Assembly (NCBI GenBank): GCA_003133025.1
Contig: PKZK01000106.1
Location: forward strand, 14,738 to 35,107
DNA length: 20,370 nt
Direction: 5' to 3'
From: Vulcanimicrobiota bacterium
Lineage (GTDB): Bacteria; Vulcanimicrobiota; Vulcanimicrobiia; Vulcanimicrobiales; Vulcanimicrobiaceae
Shown here piece by piece: positions 16,976 to 20,370 of this stretch; position 1 is the first letter of the stretch, and the number at the start of each line of letters is the position of its first letter. Position numbers and translations under genes: made by a program. The notes under the pieces were generated by a model, which was not told the origin of the DNA, did no database searches, and worked only from the letters and a program-made list of their open reading frames with translations.

Positions 16976-17907
16976 CGCTCGAGGACCAGCCGCGCGTAAG
17001 CGACGATCGTTTCGGTCAGCTCCGCCGGATCGAGGATGAGCAACCTGTCGCCGAGCGCGAGCAATTGCGCGAGTGCCACGTCGCGATTGGGAAAAACGAT
17101 GCGCAGGATGGCGAAGCCCGGCTCTTCGGCAACCAAGGTGAAGTCCCAAAACGCGGTCAACACGGGAACCGCGTCGAGATGCACGCGCACCACCGTTTCG
17201 AATGCAGCGGACGGCCGCGACTCGATGGAAGCCACCGACGCCTTCCAATGTTCTTCGAGATTGAAGTCGCCGGGCCGTTCGAAGCGGCCGGCCGTCACCT
17301 CGACGGCGACGATACGCTCGGCGCGAAAGGTACGATAGCCCTTCTGCGTTTCGTGCGCGACGAGATACCACACGCCGGCCTTGGCGACGAGCGCTAAGGG
17401 ATCGACGAGCCGGCTCGTCTGCGCGCCGCCGCGATCCCGGTAGTCGAGCCGCACGCCCGTCTGCCCGGCGATCGCTTCGCGCAGCCGTTGCAGCACCGCC
17501 GTCGGCTGTTCGGCGCGGCCCCAGCGATTGTGATCGAGCAAGAGACGGTCGCGATTGGCTTCGGCAGCGCGACGCTGCGAAGCGGGCAGCGCGCCGGCCA
17601 ACTTCTGCAGCGCGCGCGTGGGTGAGATGAAGCCGAGATCGGTCATGGGGCCGGCCGCGGCCGTGAACAGCGCCTGGAGTTCGTCGTTCGTGAATTGGGC
17701 CAAGGCCCGGCGGTAGTCGTCCGCGAGCACGATGCCGCCGTTCGCACCCCGCTCCATGTGGACGGGCACGCCCGACTCGCTGAGCGCCTCCACGTCGCGA
17801 TAGACCGTGCGCACGGACACCTCGAGGGCGTCGGCGAGTTCGCGAGCGGTCAAACGACGCTTTCCCTGGAGCAGCAGCATGCACGACACCAGGCGCTGGG
17901 AGCGCAT
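16939..17907 (-). CDS. HTH-WYL-WCX transcriptional regulator (YafY/DriD/PafBC-like)
   Basis: wHTH MRSQRLVSCMLLLQ...TARELADALEVSVRTVYRDVEALSESGVPV and WYL domain RLVDPLALVAKAGVWYLVA...RTFRAERI. ATG 17907 is preferred to 17946, which lies inside the operator. Confidence 0.95.
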   Translation of the reverse strand: MRSQRLVSCMLLLQGKRRLTARELADALEVSVRTVYRDVEALSESGVPVHMERGANGGIVLADDYRRALAQFTNDELQALFTAAAGPMTDLGFISPTRALQKLAGALPASQRRAAEANRDRLLLDHNRWGRAEQPTAVLQRLREAIAGQTGVRLDYRDRGGAQTSRLVDPLALVAKAGVWYLVAHETQKGYRTFRAERIVAVEVTAGRFERPGDFNLEEHWKASVASIESRPSAAFETVVRVHLDAVPVLTAFWDFTLVAEEPGFAILRIVFPNRDVALAQLLALGDRLLILDPAELTETIVAYARLVLERYAPGRAEAGSG

Positions 17908-17925
17908 GGTCGCAGCATACCGCGC

Positions 17926-17962
17926 GAATATGACAGCACCTGTCATATTCGTCCGCTATGCT
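17926..17962 (+). promoter_or_regulatory. palindromic operator (probable WYL-regulator site) plus -10 element for the VOC gene
   Basis: Perfect inverted repeat GAATATGACAG-CAC-CTGTCATATTC (17926-17950), followed by TATGCT at 17957-17962. Confidence 0.8.
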
Positions 17963-17996
17963 CCTCGCATCAACTTCTTCCGCTTGGAGACCGCCC

Positions 17997-18386
17997 ATGA
18001 CGCAGACCGCAGCCCCCGCCACGGAGACCGAATCCCTGATCCGCGGCATCCATCTTTTTGCCTACTTCACCGGCGACCCGGCCCGCTCGATCGCCTTCTA
18101 TCGCGACGTGCTCGGCATGGTGCCGACGGAAATCGACGAGCAAGGCCGCGGGGCCGAGTTCACCCTTGCCGACGGCACGACGTTCGGCGTCTGGAAGCCC
18201 GAGGAGCACGCCGCGGGCGGCGCGGTGATGCTCGCCGTCGACGATCTCGCCTCGGCCATTCCCGCGTTACGCGCTCGCGGCCTCGACATCAGCGAAGCGG
18301 ACGAGACGCCCGTGTGCTTCATGGCCTTCGCCAAGGATCCCGACGGCAACGCGCTGATCGTGCATCAACGCAAGGCCGGCCACTGA
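17997..18386 (+). CDS. VOC family (glyoxalase/bleomycin resistance) protein
   Basis: ATG 17997 with GGAG at 17986-17989. Motifs DPARSIAFYRDVLG, LAVDDL and AFAKDPDGNALIVHQ. Confidence 0.92.
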   Translation: MTQTAAPATETESLIRGIHLFAYFTGDPARSIAFYRDVLGMVPTEIDEQGRGAEFTLADGTTFGVWKPEEHAAGGAVMLAVDDLASAIPALRARGLDISEADETPVCFMAFAKDPDGNALIVHQRKAGH

Positions 18387-18406
18387 CGCCTGCGCCGGCG
18401 GCGGCG

Positions 18407-20017
18407 TCAGCCCATCTCGACGTGGGCGGGCGGCGCCGCCCCGGCCTTCGGCTTGCGCAACAGCATGACCAGTGGAATGCACAGCGCGGCAACGATTGCG
18501 ACCAAGAACGTCGCATCCGCGTACGATAAAATGGTCGACTGCTGACGGACGAGCCCCGACAGCTGGTCGACGGTGCCGCCGGAGTGGAGGAACTGCGTGA
18601 CCGCAGCGTTGTCCAGCGTACTTCCGCCGCCCAGCAGCGTGCTGTGGAAAGTCTCGCGTTGATCGATGAACACGTCGAGCCCGGCGACCGCAACCGACCC
18701 GCCGAGTTGCAGCGAAAGATTCAAGAAGGCACTGGCCTTCGGGCCCTCCGCCGGCGTCGTGCCGCCCAGCACCGCGATGGTGAGCGGAATGAACAGAATC
18801 GCAATGCCCACGCCCGAGAGCGCGAGCGCCGGACCAAACGTCCAGAACGTGGCTTGCGACGTCGTCACGAAGCCTTGCATCGCGTTGGCCACAGCCAGAA
18901 TGATGAAGCCCATGCCCACCAAGATGCGCGTGTCCACTTTGGTTGCGACGCGTACGATCACGAAGGTGAGCAGCAAGATCGGCACCGCGCGGATGATGAA
19001 GAGCTGCCCGCTGAGCGTCGGCGTGAAGCCGAGCACGCCTTGGGTCAACTGGGGCAACGTGTAGGTGGAGCCGAGCAACACCGCGCCCAGGGCGAACGAG
19101 AGCACGCTTCCCGCCGAGATGCTGCGATTCTTGAGCGCGCGCAAATCGACGACCGGCGTATTGGTGCCGTAGAGTTCCCAGAAAGCAAATGCGGCTAGGG
19201 CGGCGACGCACACCAGGCTCATCGCCAGCACGATCGGATCCGCAAACCAGTAGTTCGGTTCTCCTTCGGTGAGCACGTACTGCAACGAACCCAAGCCCAC
19301 CGCGAGCAGGGCGAGGCCGACGAAGTCGACGCGCATGGCGTGAGCGCTCTCCGGATCCTTGAGCAAGAAAATCATCAACAATGCCGAGGCGATGCCCGGC
19401 CCGATGTTGATGTCGAAGCACCAATTCCAGCTCGCGTTGTCGACGAGCAGACCGCCGAGCGGCGGTCCCAGCGCCGGACCCATGACCGCACCGAGCGCGA
19501 AGATGCCCTGGCTGAGGCCGAGTTGCTTGGGTGGGAACGTATCGCGCAGAATCGACTGCGCCGTCGCCAGCAGGCCGCCGCCGAAAGCTCCCTGCACCAC
19601 GCGCGAGAGTATCAGGAAGGTCAGGTTGTCGGATGCGCCGCAGGCGATCGAGGCCAGCGTGAACCCGACGATCGAAGTCACGAAGTAGCGCTTGCGTCCA
19701 AAGCGACTTTGCAGCCATGGCGTCAGCGGGATCACCACGATCGCGGCGATCGAATAGGCCGTCACGACCCACGTCGCTTCGTCCTGACTCGCGCCGAGGT
19801 TGCCTTGAATCGTGGGCAACGCGACGTTGGTGATCGTCGAGTCGAGCGTCTGCATCAACGCGGCGAGCATCACGCCGATCACGATCAGCACGCGGCGCAG
19901 GCCCGACTCGGTGACGTCGCGCCGCGCGGAATCGCGACGGGCGCCCTCCGCCGCAGCCTGCGCGCGGCCCTCGGCGCCGCGCACGCGCGTCGGCGCCGGA
20001 AACGTATCGGCGCTCAT
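18407..20017 (-). CDS. DHA2 family (EmrB/QacA-like) MFS efflux permease
   Basis: LMQTLDSTITNVALPTIQGNLGA, WLQSRFGRKR, RVVQGAFGGG, GPALGPPLGG and WNWCFDINI, with many hydrophobic segments. Confidence 0.95.
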   Translation of the reverse strand: MSADTFPAPTRVRGAEGRAQAAAEGARRDSARRDVTESGLRRVLIVIGVMLAALMQTLDSTITNVALPTIQGNLGASQDEATWVVTAYSIAAIVVIPLTPWLQSRFGRKRYFVTSIVGFTLASIACGASDNLTFLILSRVVQGAFGGGLLATAQSILRDTFPPKQLGLSQGIFALGAVMGPALGPPLGGLLVDNASWNWCFDINIGPGIASALLMIFLLKDPESAHAMRVDFVGLALLAVGLGSLQYVLTEGEPNYWFADPIVLAMSLVCVAALAAFAFWELYGTNTPVVDLRALKNRSISAGSVLSFALGAVLLGSTYTLPQLTQGVLGFTPTLSGQLFIIRAVPILLLTFVIVRVATKVDTRILVGMGFIILAVANAMQGFVTTSQATFWTFGPALALSGVGIAILFIPLTIAVLGGTTPAEGPKASAFLNLSLQLGGSVAVAGLDVFIDQRETFHSTLLGGGSTLDNAAVTQFLHSGGTVDQLSGLVRQQSTILSYADATFLVAIVAALCIPLVMLLRKPKAGAAPPAHVEMG

Positions 20018-20199
20018 CGCGACCAGTCGCTCCGCGAGCGTTTGTCGGCCCGGATCCCATTCACGAAACTTACTTTCATGCTCGCTTCACGCGTTCTGTC
20101 GTCGTCATCGGCAACCGTTGTGACACCGTCGCGGCGCATTTCGTGGCAGTCCCCGAAACCGCGCGTTGGGATGCCCGCACGGACCAGGCAATCGTGCCG

Positions 20200-20370
20200 T
20201 TAGGCGTACCCGACCTCGCGCACGTGGACGTGCGTGCTCGCTTCGAGCGTTCCCGCATAGGGCGCCGTATAGACGCCCGACGTCGGCGCAACGTCGGCGT
20301 AGTCGCGGCCCACGGCGACCACGACGTACTGGAGCGAGGTCGCGACGCCGTACGTCGGATCGTAACTGAG
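20200..20370 (-). CDS. transglutaminase-like family protein, C-terminal end (5' part outside window; absent from the ORF track)
   Basis: Manual translation gives LSYDPTYGVATSLQYVVVAVGRDYADVAPTSGVYTAPYAGTLEASTHVHVREVGYA*. DPT and VAVGRDYADVAP are typical of bacterial transglutaminase-like proteins. Confidence 0.85.
   Translation of the reverse strand, partial: LSYDPTYGVATSLQYVVVAVGRDYADVAPTSGVYTAPYAGTLEASTHVHVREVGYA

Noticed and set aside
16939..17907. WYL gene as a marker of an anti-phage defence island
   Set aside because: No nuclease, CBASS, BREX, RM, Cas or toxin genes are nearby. The YafY-type regulator plus VOC context fits a stress response.
20076..20369. ORF-track calls 20076-20291 (-) and 20166-20369 (+)
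   Set aside because: The real coding frame is the minus-strand transglutaminase-like tail ending at 20200.
1..20370. CRISPR arrays, tRNA/rRNA, IS elements, integrases or prophage genes
   Set aside because: By eye there are no spaced direct repeats, RNA-gene signatures or transposase/integrase motifs, and nearly all sequence is explained by CDSs.

Overview
GC-rich, densely packed bacterial chromosomal window of about 18 CDSs. I saw no rRNA, tRNA, CRISPR array or mobile element. The style of the secreted proteins suggests a soil lineage such as Ca. Eremiobacterota or Acidobacteriota (inference only). In order: (1) the end of a 2-aminobenzoate-CoA ligase gene, a Rid-family gene and a glutathionyl-hydroquinone reductase gene; (2) a probable hydroxyproline catabolic module (GntR, Cys/Cys proline racemase-family epimerase, DapA-like deaminase, DadA-like flavoprotein), whose oxidase ends a minus-strand run of solA-like oxidase > tricorn protease > secreted tandem DUF333-like protein > oxidase; (3) a secreted 7-bladed kelch/galactose-oxidase-like protein with a terminator, an 86-aa unknown protein, and a ~1000-aa three-part secreted protein coupled to an RraA-family gene; (4) an HTH-WYL regulator divergent from a VOC gene, with a perfect 11-3-11 palindrome in DriD/PafBC-like promoter geometry; (5) a DHA2 MFS pump and the tail of a transglutaminase-like gene. 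The most notable points are the WYL operator/promoter architecture, an apparent ATT start for the solA-like gene, an MCVH epimerase motif variant, a candidate leader ORF before the deaminase, and the protease-hydroxyproline linkage. Family assignments come from recalled motifs, not database searches.
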